Assembly (NCBI GenBank): GCA_002269645.1
Contig: NIVC01001493.1
Span: 1 to 64,000, forward strand
Reading direction: 5' to 3'
DNA length: 64,000 nt
Source: Macrostomum lignano
Lineage: Eukaryota
A program made the position numbers and the translations under genes. Under the pieces are notes generated by a model. The model did not search any database and was not told the origin of the DNA. It worked only from the letters and a program-made list of their open reading frames with translations. Every line of letters starts with the position of its first letter. Positions within the stretch are counted from its first letter, which is position 1. Of the stretch, positions 47,171 through 59,864 are shown piece after piece.

Positions 47171-50100
47171 GTCATGAATTGATTATAAATTGACTCCATG
47201 TGGTGCGCAGGCTTTGTTGAGACAGAGATAAATCCAGACTATGTCAACATTTGGCTCAGAGTTTGTATTTTCTATCTAAGTAAACCACCTTTTGCTCGTA
47301 ATTATTTGTTATACTCATACCAAACTTGACTGAATTGGAAGCAAGGCGTGCATGTTGAGGGTTACATGAATGTAGTTGTCCACCTAATGCATTTAATGGT
47401 TCACCTATAATCAACTGTATCTCCGTTCCCTTTATTCTTTCTCCTATCTGTGCTCCCCAACCAGTCTCCTCGCGTCTTTCCATCGGTGTTTGCTGCAGAC
47501 AAGCTGCGGACCATTTATTGATACAAGGGGACGCAGCTAACTACGGCCAGAATCATGTAGACGCCTGCATCACAATTCGAATAAAGGAAAAGGAAATTCA
47601 ACACCCTAGAGAACAAAAGAAGAAGTAGGTTTTAGGCTACACGTCTGAAAGAGTGAACATCAACATGGGACACAAGTGTGGACACCTAGTTGGCACCGCG
47701 CCTTTATTGCCAGTACTGCACACAGGCACTGAACTCATACACAGCTCACACAGGTGCACAGCAACCTTTGACTTTCCAATGGTCAGGCTGTGAATCGCAA
47801 GACAACTCCACGACCAAATTTCGTGCACACCAAGCCCCGAATTAATGAGGCTGAATCGAACTAAGGATCGTGGTGGGAGAGTCAAACGTTTTCGAAATAT
47901 GACCCGTGAGTCATAGAACTGGCCCACTTCGCTTCTCCCTGAGCAGTTCTTCTGCAGAACGGGCTGGAACTGCGCGATATCCCTGTTTTGCTCCGCGATC
48001 GCGACGCACCCTTCGAGATTCGGGCCGCCCTGCCGAAGGCGTCCGTCTCAGCATCCGGCTGTCCGGCCAACGCGAGTTGCATCGCCTTCGCCACTCGAGC
48101 GTTCGGCAGCTACAGCTACTGGAATGGAGCGCTGCAGCCTGGCCTCGTGCCGAGCTGCGCCTCTGACTGCCGCGTGTTGGCGGACCCGTCCGAGGCCCAC
48201 GCCCTGCTGTTCCACGGCTTCGATCTGCCGAGCAGACGTCGACTGCGTCAGATGCGACAGACTCAGCCGAGTAGTCAGCTGTGGATCTACTACAGCCAGG
48301 AGAGTCCAGTGCACCTACTCACTAACCGGTGCGTTCGCGACTGCCTCATCTCGCCTTGGCTACCGTTTGCTGGTAGCGCTCTGGCGTTCGTCAAAGAGTT
48401 CGCGTTTCCGTCATACCTATTGCGCAACTATCCAGACACAACTGAGGAGGCCGGCTATTTCAATTGGACTGTCACCTACCGGAGGGATTCAACAATTTAC
48501 TTACCCCACTCCAGGCTTGCTCGTGCTACAAACAATCAAGAGTAAGTGAATGCAAGATATTGGTTATAGGGTAACCTGCGACTAAACTGGCCTCTTTTTT
48601 ATCAACCTTAAGCGACATTGTTTCAAAATCGGTGAGAGGCATTGTTTCCGTTGCCGCCGACTCTCCCGAGCAGGCACACAACCCTAGAAGACATTGACTT
48701 GTTGATTCTTAGCAGATCTTGTCTATCTTCTTGGGTTGCTGCGCAAGTACTTGCAAGAACATGCAAGGTCTTCGCTATGATAAATACTTAGGTAAACTTA
48801 CCAGATCTGCGCGACTTGCTACATCGTACAAGATCTTATCTTTTATATCTTTTTATAGCTTCGAATCGCATATTTTCTTAAATTTATTGTCTTATCTTGT
48901 CAAAAAATAAAATATAGTTCAGCTAGAACACTTTAGCCAAATGAATAACAAAACAAATGTACCTCCATCTTAGAAGACCCTGCAAGAACCTAGCAGATTG
49001 AGAAGATTGAGAAGATCAAAACAGAATGTCTTCTAGGGAAGCGACTGCAAAGGCATCAATTGCACGAGCAGATCAGAACCGAGATTCCAACTTAGACCAA
49101 AATGAATATGTATAACTGCACTTGGAATCGAGCCTGGACAGCTGGCACATCAGAGCGCCGCGCTGGACCACTGGGCTACGGCCGCCATCCAGGCAGACTG
49201 ACTTCAGCTCAAGCCCTGGTTTCTCACCAACTGATTTAGTGTAGCATTGCACTGACCTTGTGCAAATCTACAAGCTCTGGTTTCTCACCAACTGATTTAG
49301 TGTAGCATTGCACTGACCTTGTGCAAATCTACAAGCTCTGGTTTCTCACCAACTGATTTAGTGTAGCATTGCACTGACCTTGTGCAAATCTACAAGCCCG
49401 TACACAGATAGAAGAGACAAAGTAGTGGAACTAATTAATATATTGCTTGATTGCTGAGGATTTAGTCAATCAAAAGAAAGAATTTATTCTTAGTTCCCGA
49501 ATCTACCTTAAAGAAGACCTACTTTGCAGTTGTAAGGGGGTTGCAGCCCAGTGGTTAGAGCGTCAGACTCACGACTGAAAGGTTGGAGGTTCGATTCCAG
49601 GTCCCATCCTTGAGCAAGACACCTGACTCTGCAGATGTAAAATGGGTGCCAGCATTAACTGAAGTAACTGAGGGTGTGTGGCGACCCCGCAGTCCTTGGA
49701 CTGAACAGCCGTACGCAGCCTTCAGATGCGCCGCGCAATAGCTGCGGCTGAGCTGTCGGTTGAACATCTGCTAATTAGGGCAGGTATAATCAAATCAAAA
49801 GAAGACCAGTCTGTAGCAGTAAAACTAACAGATTACAGTAAAGCAATTCATAATGCGTCACGTGAAGTGAACCTTTGCAACCCGATACTATTGGATACTT
49901 TAGTCAAAGGTATTCAGCCTGTTTTGTGAATTGGTGATCTAGTTCAGTGCACCTGTATTTTTGGCATAAGTAAAAAGCTTCTAATCAATGATTTGAATCC
50001 TATCGACCGATCACTGAAGTGAAAATTAACTTTTTTCAGATACATAACGCTTCCACCGACGGTGTCCCTGGCTGTGAAGAGGCACCTGAGCTTCATTGTG

Positions 50101-50664
50101 GTGTCGAACTGTCACCCGTTTAATCGACGTCCTGAGATTCTGTCGGAGCTGTCCAAGCATATGGAGCTTCACATCTACGGCAGCTGCGGTGACAGAGTCC
50201 TGCCAGCCAGACAGAGCATAGCTGACCTTTCAAAGCAGTACTATTTCCACCTGAGCTTTGAGAACGCGTTTTGTCGTGATTACATCACGGAGAAGTTCTT
50301 CTCCAACGGGCTGAATGGCCACGCTGTACCAGTGACGTTTGCTGGCTACTCAAGAGAGGACATCGAGGCTGTGGCTCCGCCGCACTCCTTTCTGTATGCC
50401 GGAGACTTTAAATCGCCCATGGCACTGGCCGAGAGATTAAAAAGTTTAGCCGCTAATCCGACAGAGTACAGCGCCTATCACCGATGGAGAAGCTCATACG
50501 GATTTGTTAATCAAGACCAAAATCCGTCTTATAATTTGTTCTGCCAGATTTGCCGCAAACTGCGCGACAGCCACGCCGATTCCGCCATGCATCTGGATTT
50601 GAACAGATTCTATAACTCTGGTCGGCAGTGCAGACCACCAAATTATTACCCGTTTCATCGTTAG
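46618..50664 (+). CDS. Alpha-1,3-fucosyltransferase (GT10 family), 3 exons, ~448 aa
   Basis: Exons 46618-46744, 47947-48541 and 50040-50664 (phases 1 and 2; 1347 nt in total). Type II TM anchor LCVGCVVLLLAWSLLL spans the first junction. Motifs ESPVH, FNWTVTYRRDS, VVSNC and YYFHLSFENAFCRDYITEKF (GT10 signature). Confidence 0.9.
48590..49167 (-). mobile_element. Diverged SINE family 2 copy in FucT intron 2, interrupted by a MITE
   Basis: TTAAGCGACA..GAGAGGCATT..CCGCCGACTC..CAGGCA.ACAA and CTGCACTTGGAATCGAGCCTGG..CTGGGCTACGGCC match 45120-45483. Confidence 0.8.
48682..49038. mobile_element. MITE with CCCTAGAAGACATT TIRs and 2-bp TSD (AA), EnSpm/CMC-like
   Basis: CCCTAGAAGACATT at 48682 and AATGTCTTCTAGGG ending at 49038. 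AA on both sides; removing the insert restores the SINE motif CAAGCG. Confidence 0.8.
49205..49396. repeat. 61-bp unit tandem triplication
   Basis: CTCTGGTTTCTCACCAACTGATTTAGTGTAGCATTGCACTGACCTTGTGCAAATCTACAAG x3. Confidence 0.92.
49537..49795 (+). mobile_element. tRNA-derived SINE (family 1) with CORE/Meta-like central domain
   Basis: A box TGCAGCCCAGTGG, B box GGTTCGATTCC, then CCTTGAGCAAGACACCT...TGTAAAATGGGTGCC; (AATC)-like tail. Confidence 0.85.
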
Positions 50665-50671
50665 TAGCACT

Positions 50672-51520
50672 GGGTTCTCTTTGGGGCTCTCCCCGTATCT
50701 GACTTGGTTCTCTTCGGGGCTCTCCCTGTCTCTGACTTGGTTCTCTTTGGGGCTCTCCCTGTCTCTGACTTGGTTCTCTTCGGGGCTCTCCCTGTCTCTG
50801 ACTTGGTTCTCTTTGGGGCTCTCCCTGTCTCTGACTTGGTTCTCTTTGGGGCTCTCCCCTTCTCTGACTTGGTTCTCTTTGGGGCTCTCCCCGTCTCTGA
50901 CTTAGTTCTCTTTGGGGCTCTCCCCGTCTCTGACTTAGTTCTCTTTGGGGCTCTCCCCGTCTCTGACTTAGTTCTCTTTGGGGCTCTCCCCGTCTCTGAC
51001 TTGGTTCTCTTTGGGGCTCTCCCCGTCTCTGACTTAGTTCTCTTTGGGGCTCTCCCCGTCTCTGACTTGGTTCTCTTTGGGGCTCTCCCCGTCTCTGACT
51101 TGGTTCTCTTTGGGGCTCTCCCCGTCTCTGACTTAGTTCTCTTTGGGGCTCTCCCCGTCTCTGACTTGGTTCTCTTTGGGGCTCTCCCCGTCTCTGACTT
51201 GGTTATTGTTATGTCTTGAATTTAAAATAAGCTGCACAAGTCGTCAAGTGGTGCTGCAAAATAATTACGTACTTCTTACGCTCCAGACCTCTTAAGGTTT
51301 TTCTATATTTTAGCTTGCCACACAGCGGGCTTTAAAACTGGCACTGTCTCTTGACTTCATGCGAGCCCATAGATAAAAGCAAAACGGTCCAAACTGAAAA
51401 CATAAATACAAGTACACAGCCAAGTCACATTAGTTCTCTTTGGGGCTCTCCCTGTCTCTGACTTGGTTCTCTTTGGGGCTCTCCCTGTCTCTGACTTGGT
51501 TCTCTTTGGGGCTCTGACAG
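50672..51520. repeat. 33-bp minisatellite (GGTTCTCTTTGGGGCTCTCCCCGTCTCTGACTT) beginning 8 nt after the FucT stop, with a detached block at 51430-51520
   Basis: Tandem units read directly. Confidence 0.95.
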
Positions 51521-52866
51521 ACAGAACTGACTGACAGAACGATAAGCGCGTGCATTGCCTACCAAATTTTACGGTCTTGTTTTTACTAATAAAGCCCTTT
51601 TTGTTTATATATGCATAAAATTTCAAACATTGCGTACAACATACAAAATGTTGTATTGTGGCAAAGTCGCTAGGCTTGCGTTTCTGTAATGACGAGATAC
51701 AGAGATTTAGCTAATTTGTTCTAATAAATACGAGCGTGTACAACTGCCAAATTTATCTAAACCAAGCGAGACGAAGCTTTACAAAAATGAAGCTCGCGTT
51801 AAAGATTAGATGAGGCATACAGGATCGTGGCTTTTGTGCATGAGCCTGCTAAGCGTTGTTTCTGAACTATTTTCGCTCCGTTTCTCAGTGCCAGTGTGTC
51901 CAGTCTACAAGAATGTTGAATATAAATTAGGAATTCTGCAACTTAGCTATTAGAAAAAAAGGAAATCTATAAAGCATTCAGCATTGCTTTCCTGCCTACT
52001 AAAAGTAGCGTAAAATGTATAATTAGCCTGTTTGTATTATGAATAGCTGGGGCCAGTTTTATGAAGGAAGTACAAGTTTCTCACTATTGATACAGCAGAA
52101 AGAGGAGTGACAAAGGGGATGTCAAAATGGAGCCCGAGACATTCGGTCTGGACTTCTTTACGCCAGTCTCTTTTTTATTTGGAGTCAAATAGCTCCCGTT
52201 ATGCCTAAATGATGGGATTGGCTTTTTTCTGGAGTCTCAAGTTCAAATGAAATCCCCATCTATCTCGTTTCTCCCCATAAAGATCCCCAAATGTTTCAAA
52301 GGTTTTAGGCGAAGTCGATTCGGTTGTCGGTTTCATAAAACAAAACGTTGATTGCAAGTAAATTGATTACAATTGACTACAATTTGTTACAATTGATTGT
52401 ATTGATTACGTATAACCGCACCTCTGAAGTCCGTTAGTTCGATTCTGCTACATTCGCAACCAATCTGAGGCGCATTCTCGCAAATTAGCCTGGATCTTAT
52501 TTACTAAAACATCAGGAGCAGCTAATTAGAGTGCAGCGGTAGGGGCGAGGCTGGTTGCTAGCCATGCCATGCAGTAGCTTTTCATTCGCTATTTTTCGCA
52601 CGGATGCCTGCAACGCAGTCTCGCGGGAAATGGATTATTTTTGCATTGAAGACAGAAAAATGGGTCGGATAGGCGTTGAGTTCGGCAATTATGGGCTAGC
52701 CAGGCATTCTGAATAGTTGGGTAAAACTTCCCCGTGACGAAGCATTAGCGATGCCATTGGCTGGGCTATGCTGCTTCGTGAGCATACAAAAGTCCCGTTT
52801 GGCTATGCCCTCATCCTTACTTTGACTCCATCTATCCGAACACAACGAATAGTTAGCATAGCATTG

Positions 52867-55800
52867 ATGCTACTAATAGTAGTTGCAGTCTTGGCTTTAC
52901 TGCTGCCGGCAGCACGAACTGCCATGTTGGATGCGGTGACCGCTTCCGCTTGCAGGCCCGGCTCAGTGGCTCTGGCGGCAGCAGTCAGTGCGGGAAGCTG
53001 CGAATCTGGCAACCTGCCAGTAGCCGGCTGGGAGACTCGCTTCCTGCGCGCTTTCGCTGCGTTTCACGCCGCAGAGCTGGCGAACGCGGATCCCAGCTTG
53101 GCGTTCGCGAACGCGTCAGGGCCAGCGGGATATCCGGCTTTGGGCCTCGTCTACCGGGACACCTGCTGGCGCGAGGACGTTGCGGCAGAGTTTGTCCGAC
53201 GCCTGGAGCCGCACTGGCTCTATCCGGATGTGTACACTGGCAACTCCAGCGGCCTCTGCCGTCTGACAGGTCAGCCCGGCTCTCGGCCGCTGTACTTCGT
53301 CCTGGGCCTTGTCGGCGGCTGGTACAGCTCGGAGACGCGAACAATGTCCCGCGTAGTGCAGCTTTCCGGCCTGCCGCAGGTGGCCACGGAGGCGAGCAGC
53401 GATCAGTTCAGCGACAAGTCCGAGTTCCCCAACCTGTTCAGGCTGGTGCCGCCGGACTCTTATCAGTCGCGCGTGCTGGCCGACGTTATTCTGCACTTCG
53501 GCTGGACCTACGTTGGGCTGGTCTACGCAGACACCGCCTACGGCAGCGGTCTGGCTTTGAAGCTACGAGAGGCGCTGCAGCCGACCGGAGTCTGTCTGGC
53601 TTTTTCCGTCGCAATGAACAAGTTGGTCACGAAGGATGTTATGCTAGCAAAGCTCAGAGCTGCTCAGGCCATGCGAGTTCTGGTTGTGGTGGAGCAATTG
53701 TACAACCTGCCGAAAGATGTTCTGGAGTACATTGGCAGCAGAGGCATTCTGTTGATTCTGACAGACATCAACTTTACTGGCTTTAAGCACTACAGTAAAT
53801 ACGCGCTCACTGTATCCTTCAAGAGATTTTCTGCGCCAAGTATGATGGAAAAGTACCTGAACTTCACCTACTCTGACTTTCTTCGCTACCCCTATGGTTT
53901 AGAGACTGCCAGAGCGCTTTTCAACTGTTCTGTCTGCACAAAGTGTTGTCAGTTGAACTCAAGCATAAGAGCTGGTTCAGTCTCCAAGTTCAACGCATCG
54001 GCAGTGATAGTTCCCGCTGCCAGAACTATTGATGCTGTACACTCCATCGCTAGAGCGATTAGCCAGGTAGCTACAGGACCAAACTGCTCAGCATATTTTC
54101 GCAATCGATTCGACGAGCCATTAATAAGCTGCATGACAAGCGACAAGTTGCTGTCAGCGTTGCGTTCTCAAAACTTCACCGGGCTGGCTGGAACTGTTGG
54201 CTACGACTCACACGGAGACGGCCTGCCGAACTACGTGGTTGAGCAGCAGGTGTCGGATGCTGATTCTGACACTCGAGTGGTTGCATCCTGGCAGGCTGGC
54301 AGTGGGTTAACTGTGCACTCGGACAGGCTTGCCTGGCCTGCTGTCCCCCAGTCCCGGTGCAGCGAGCCCTGCTCTGCCGGCCAGTACCGCATGGATCTGG
54401 ACATCTGCTGCTGGCTCTGTCGGGACTGTCGAACCAACGAAATTGTATCGAGCAACGGCAGTCTTTGTCTGGCTTGTGAAGCTTTCCAATGGCCGTCGGC
54501 GGACAGACTGAGCTGCAGTCCACTGCCCGTCACCCAGCCTGGCGGAGCTGTCGCGATCTACGCTATCAGCGGAGTCGGTTTCGTCTCTGCCGTCACCTCC
54601 GCAGGCTTTGTTGTCTGGCATCGCGGAGATCAGCTGTTGAAGGCGTCTTCGATAGAGCTGAGCCTATGCAGTCTGGCGGGAATCGCAGTGGGTTACGCCG
54701 ATGCGTTCGCCTTCATGTGGCCTCCGTCAACGCTGCTGTGCAACCTCAAAAACTGGCTGTTCCACCTTAGCCTGACGCTGGCTTACGCCAGCCTGTTTGT
54801 CAAGACCGCCAGAATCTACCGGGTGTTTGCGAATTCAATGAGCGGTAGATCGAAAACCAGGTTCACGAGTCGCGCGTCTGTGCTCGCTGGAACCTTAATT
54901 ATTCTTATGGTTCAGGTGAGTAAATATCGTTCAGATTTTTACGGATATTCAAGCAACAATGATTCATTAATAGTTTTAGCTCCATTTTGCGGGGACTGCC
55001 CTCACACTGCACTCTCTGCCCCAGGTGGCTCATGACTCACTCTCTCGCCCAAACTTTTTATAATTTACTAAGTCTCAATCATCACGCATCACTTCACCTC
55101 CACCCCAAATACGAGTATCTTCGTTGTTTCCCCCATCTGTGGACATCAACCTATCAACTATCGACAATGATTGGACAATACTGTACATTGTGTATAAGCC
55201 GCAAGCCTCTAAGATTCATTAAGACAAAATATGCTTGCCCCTGAGCACTGTAACAAACGCTTTCGGAAGGCAAACGTAGACTTCACACATTTCTCGATGG
55301 TTACCCAGATACGACCGTAGCTATCATTGGTAGTTCCAGTTCGAGCTCTAGGAAAAATAGTGCGCCCTTAACATTTTTCTGAATCCTCTGAGCGCCATTT
55401 GCATTCGCAGGCAGTCATTCTGACGGTGCTGACGTTGCTACAACCGATCGAGGTTATCCAGCTGCAGACGTCTGCTGTTCAGTCGTCAGACAGCTCAAAA
55501 CCGGCTTCAGTTGAAGAGGACTGCAACTTCGTCCTTCAGATGACCGGCTGGGCTCCCCTAGCCTTCAATTTGATTCTGGTCCTAGCCACATCCGGGCTGT
55601 CGTTGCGAACCAGACACCTGCCGGAGAACTTTCACGACACCAAGTGCATCCTGGCGAGCTCAGCGTGCGCCGTGTTCCTCTGGACTGCCTTCGTGCCGGC
55701 CCTGCTGACTGCAGGACAGCTCGCCACGCAGTCCCTGCTCCTCTGCTTTGCTCTTCTATCAACAAACACCCTCGCCCTGGCGGTGCTGTTCGGGCCGAAG

Positions 55801-55917
55801 TTCTACGCGATTCTGGTCGGCTCAAGTAGGCATGGAAACTTCAATTTCTATGGAGGCGCCACTGTGCGCAATTGTGCCACTGCTGATAATGCCACAGAGG
55901 ATCCTGGAGATAAGTAG
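52867..55917 (+). CDS. Class C GPCR, metabotropic-glutamate-receptor-like, 2 exons, ~851 aa
   Basis: Exons 52867-54915 and 55411-55917 (phase 0). Signal peptide; Venus flytrap motifs RDTC, FSDKSEFPNLFRLVPPDSYQ, FGWTYVG and AYG; 9-Cys domain PQSRCSEPC..CCWLCRDC; 7TM with KTARIYRVF, RTRHLPENFHDTK and LFGPKFYAIL. Confidence 0.93.
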
Positions 55918-56477
55918 TGATTTGGCAAAGACTGGAAGCTGGTAACGGCCAGTGGAGTTCCGGTTTTGACCAGTGTAGAAATGTTTAAAGTTTCACCCCT
56001 CCCCGTCTCGCTCAGTCCCAATGCTATGAGACAGACTTAGTAGTCACTTACCGCAGATGAAACCTACAAGGTAAAATGTAGGTGAGTTGATCTTTAAGTT
56101 TTACGTCCAGCTACTCTAGAAGACTCTGTTGTACCTCGAAAATCAATGCCTACACTGAAAAAAATATAACTTGAGAAAAAAATATTGTCTTAGACTGCTT
56201 TGTGTAGATTTTTTCTGGCAAAAAAACGCAAATTCCTGTATAAAAGCAATGAGTTTCTCTATTAAAAACCTCTATAAAGAGTTCTGCACAATCGTTGTAA
56301 GATTGTCTCGGTTGACAGTGATATGATTTTTTGTTGATATCTAATCCAAGATCCCTAAAAGTACAAGTACGCATGGGTTCTTCATTTATAAGAAATTGCT
56401 TTAAAGGTACCTAACTGTAAAGTAGGTAACTTGAAACAAACAATACAATGAAATTACCTATTTTTTTGAGGAAGCAT

Positions 56478-57592
56478 TTTAGCACCAGGGGCTTTAGCAC
56501 CAGGGGCTTTAGCACCAGGGGCTTTAGCACCAGGGGCTTTAGCACCAGGGGCTTTAGCACCAGGGGCTTTAGCACCAGGGGCTTTAGCACCAGGGGCTTT
56601 AGCACCAGGGGCTTTAGCACCAGGGGCTTTAGCACCAGGGGCTTTAGCACCAGGGGCTTTAGCACCAGGGGCTTTAGCACCAGGGGCTTTAGCACCAGGG
56701 GCTTTAGCACCAGTGGCTTTAGCACCAGGGGCTTTAGCACCAGAGGCTTTAGCACCAGGGGCTTTAGCACCAGGGGCTTTAGCACCAGGGGCTTTAGCAC
56801 CAGGGGCTTTAGCACCAGGGGCTTTAGCACCAGGGGCTTTAGCACCAGGGGCTTTAGCACCAGGGGCTTTAGCACCAGGGGCTTTAGCACCAGGGGCTTT
56901 AGCACCAGGGGCTTTAGCACCAGGGGCTTTAGCACCAGGGGCTTTAGCACCAGGGGCTTTAGCACCAGGGGCTTTAGCACCAGGGGCTTTAGCACCAGGG
57001 GCTTTAGCACCAGGGGCTTTAGCACCAGGGGCTTTAGCACCAGGGGCTTTAGCACCAGGGGCTTTAGCACCAGGGGCTTTAGCACCAGGGGCTTTAGCAC
57101 CAGGGGCTTTAGCACCAGGGGCTTTAGCACCAGGGGCTTTAGCACCAGGGGCTTTAGCACCAGGGGCTTTAGCACCAGGGGCTTTAGCACCAGGGGCTTT
57201 AGCACCAGGGGCTTTAGCACCAGGGGCTTTAGCACCAGGGGCTTTAGCACCAGGGGCTTTAGCACCAGGGGCTTTAGCACCAGGGGCTTTAGCACCAGGG
57301 GCGCCAGCACCAGAGGCGCCAGCACCAGGGCGCCAGCACCAGGGGCGCCAGCACCAGGGGCGCCAGCACCAGGGGCGCCAGCACCAGGGGCGCCAGCACC
57401 AGGGGCGCCAGCACCAGGGGCGCCAGCACCAGGGGCGCCAGCACCAGGGGCGCCAGCACCAGGGGCGCCAGCACCAGGGGCGCCAGCACCAGGGGCGCCA
57501 GCACCAGGGGCGCCAGCACCAGGGGCGCCAGCACCAGGGGCGCCAGCACCAGGGGCGCCAGCACCAGGGGCGCCAGCACCAGGGGCGCCAGG
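56478..57592. repeat. Bipartite 15-bp minisatellite: (GCTTTAGCACCAGGG)~55 then (GCGCCAGCACCAGGG)~19
   Basis: Near-perfect arrays with a sharp switch at 57300/57301. Confidence 0.97.
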
Positions 57593-58146
57593 CGTCATAT
57601 AATTTTAGCAGAGAGTTTATGGGTCGAGGGTTTTCCTGTTTTTTTAGAAGATATAAGCTGTCCTCATTTCTTTTCTAGTCCTTGATGTTTCCTTACCCTG
57701 CTGTGTACCTGTACTACACGAGCTATAACATTAATTACTTACACAAAAGTACTTTGGACTTTCCCGTGTACTCTGGTCACGAGAGGAGAAGCTTCCTTTG
57801 ATTAAATACCCTGCAGGGATCAGGATTAGGATGGTGGATTTTTTGTTTAGTCGATACCAAATCCTGAGCGTTAGACTCCTGACAGCTAAATTATCGGTGG
57901 AAATTGGCTTGCACAGAAAGCAACTGAGCTGCTTTCGGCATCGATACGAGCTGGGAAAATAGCTGTGACTGCATATTTGACTCTGCGAAATCGACTTTCA
58001 ACTCACCGTTGCTACGCTCGCATTACTCGATGCTAATACAGATTCGATGTAATGATTTGTTTCGTAATTACTATCTCTGAGGAATTAAAAACCTTAGATC
58101 TCCGTCCTTATTTGAGAATCTGTCTACTTTTTCACGAGCCATTCCT

Positions 58147-58280
58147 TTATCCTTAGGTCACTCTTTTATCCTTAGGTCACTCTTTTATCCTTAGGTCACT
58201 CTATTATCCTTAGGTCACTCTTTTATCCTTAGGTCACTCTTTTATCCTTAGGTCACTCTTTTATCCGTGGGTCACTCCTT
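58147..58280. repeat. 19-bp tandem repeat (TATCCTTAGGTCACTCTTT)
   Basis: About 6-7 units. Confidence 0.9.
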
Positions 58281-58304
58281 TTACAACTCTTTTTATCCGT
58301 GGAT

Positions 58305-58880
58305 TCTACAACAACAACAGAATACGCAGTTAGCGTCACAGGGCGCGCTTCAAGGCCCCCGCCGGTAGGGTGCCTGCAGCGTTAGCAGCAGCTCTTTCTG
58401 CACCGGCTCTGGGCAGTACTACTCGGCGCGGATGATGTGGCCTGCCACCTGGAGTCGCCGACGGCGCAACAGGTCGCTTGGACAGACCAGGCCGGCGCGG
58501 TGATACAAAGCCGCGTTGGTCACTCGCTCGATCGTAGCCGATCTTGAAGGCGGCGAGCAGCAGGCCAGCGTGCGCCGCGTCAACTTGTTGCTCGAGCGAC
58601 TCCGTCACCGTCCAGGTCTCGGCGTTGTACAGCAGGACGGTCTCGATCACCGCCTGAAACAACGCCGCCCTGTGGCGGTCAGGTAAGCCCTCAGACTGCA
58701 TGACTACCTTCACAGGCAAGCCCGCGGCGACACCGCAAATTCTCGCGGACGCGGACGCCGGGAACCAGACCGCCGAGGTAGACGAACTGCTGACAACGCG
58801 GAAGCTCTGTCGCCTGTCCATCAGCGCCTCGGCACAAAATCGCAGCCTCGATGTTCGTCCGGCATGCAGAGCAGGGGATT
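58305..58880 (-). mobile_element. 3' remnant of an RTE-clade non-LTR retrotransposon
   Basis: LPRCQQFVYLGG, FQAVIETVLLYNAETWTVT and (shifted frame) LLRRRRLQVAGHIIRA; 3' (TGT)n tail. Confidence 0.8.
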
Positions 58881-59864
58881 ATGGAAACACGATGGCTCTT
58901 ATTATAAGAAAAAATTAAAAGCTCTGGAAATGTTAATAATGAAAAATCCCGCACAGGTGTCCATAGTCACCTGTTGTCATCTTTTGAAGTTGCCGACTAC
59001 GTCGGGGTGATGACGGAATGCTTGAGAGACCAGCTGAGGATGTTCAGCAGTTGAGGCTTCATCAGCGAAACTCAAAAAATTCGCAATAGGGTACACAAAG
59101 TCACCTGGTGCCACCTGTTGAAGGTCCAGAAGCTCCGCCTGGGTGAAGGCTAGTAGCCAACAAAGTCAGAGCTGATGCAGACGCATGCGGTCGACGTGCT
59201 GATGAAATTTGGAGACTTGGCAAGGCTGCAGTGAGGCGCAGTGCTGATCGGCGCATGCAGGGGTGTACTGAATACACTAGCGCTTATGGAAAAAATCCGA
59301 CCTTCTGGCAGAATCGTTGAATATCTCGACGGTCCGAAGGGCTGGCGACTTGATACTTGTTTGAGAAGGTGCGCGACAAAAACTTAGCCCGTGTGCCTGC
59401 GTTGCTCCGTTCTAGCGCAGCAAAAATGTCTGGGGAATCCTCAGCCCCGGTAGTTCTACTGTCAAGCCATTCTTTCATCTGTCACTTCAAAATCGCTCAA
59501 AGTTCTCGAAAACTGAATGAAAACTGGATTGGGTGGCTTATACTCGTAAACAGGTGGCTTACAGGTTTCGCATCTCGAGTTGGCTTATCAACTTTTTTTC
59601 AATGAGTTTACATGGGGAAATATCCGACATGTTTGCGAACGATCATAGTTCGATCGTTTCAATTGTTTGACAAGAAGTTGACAGCGCCGCTGACAGATTG
59701 AAGCTTATAGTGACGACCGCCTACGCAAAGATTCGTGTCAGAATGGCTCAAGCCTATCAGGTGAACCAGGTGCAAAAAGTCTATATAAGAGAGAGATCTG
59801 TTCCAAGCCAAGCGTTCAATCAGTCCGAGGCAACTTCTAAGCGCGCCAAATCTGTTCAGCAAAA

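Noticed and set aside
49205-49396. Direct repeats that might suggest a CRISPR array (also the other tandem arrays)
   Set aside because: No unique spacers, no cas genes, and a eukaryotic context.
49537-49610. Possible tRNA-Val(CAC) gene
   Set aside because: The acceptor stem pairs poorly and the sequence continues into a SINE body shared with 25303-26360.
54988-55255. Possible small solo LTR in the class C GPCR intron
   Set aside because: TG...CA ends are present, but the flanks do not form a TSD.
56411-57678. Collagen/elastin-like (APGAL/APGAG)n ORFs
   Set aside because: 15-bp DNA repeat with no synonymous variation, open on both strands; not Gly-X-Y.
59040-59075. Hammerhead-like CTGATGA-stem-GAAC on the minus strand
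   Set aside because: GAAA is not intact and no stems I or III can be formed.
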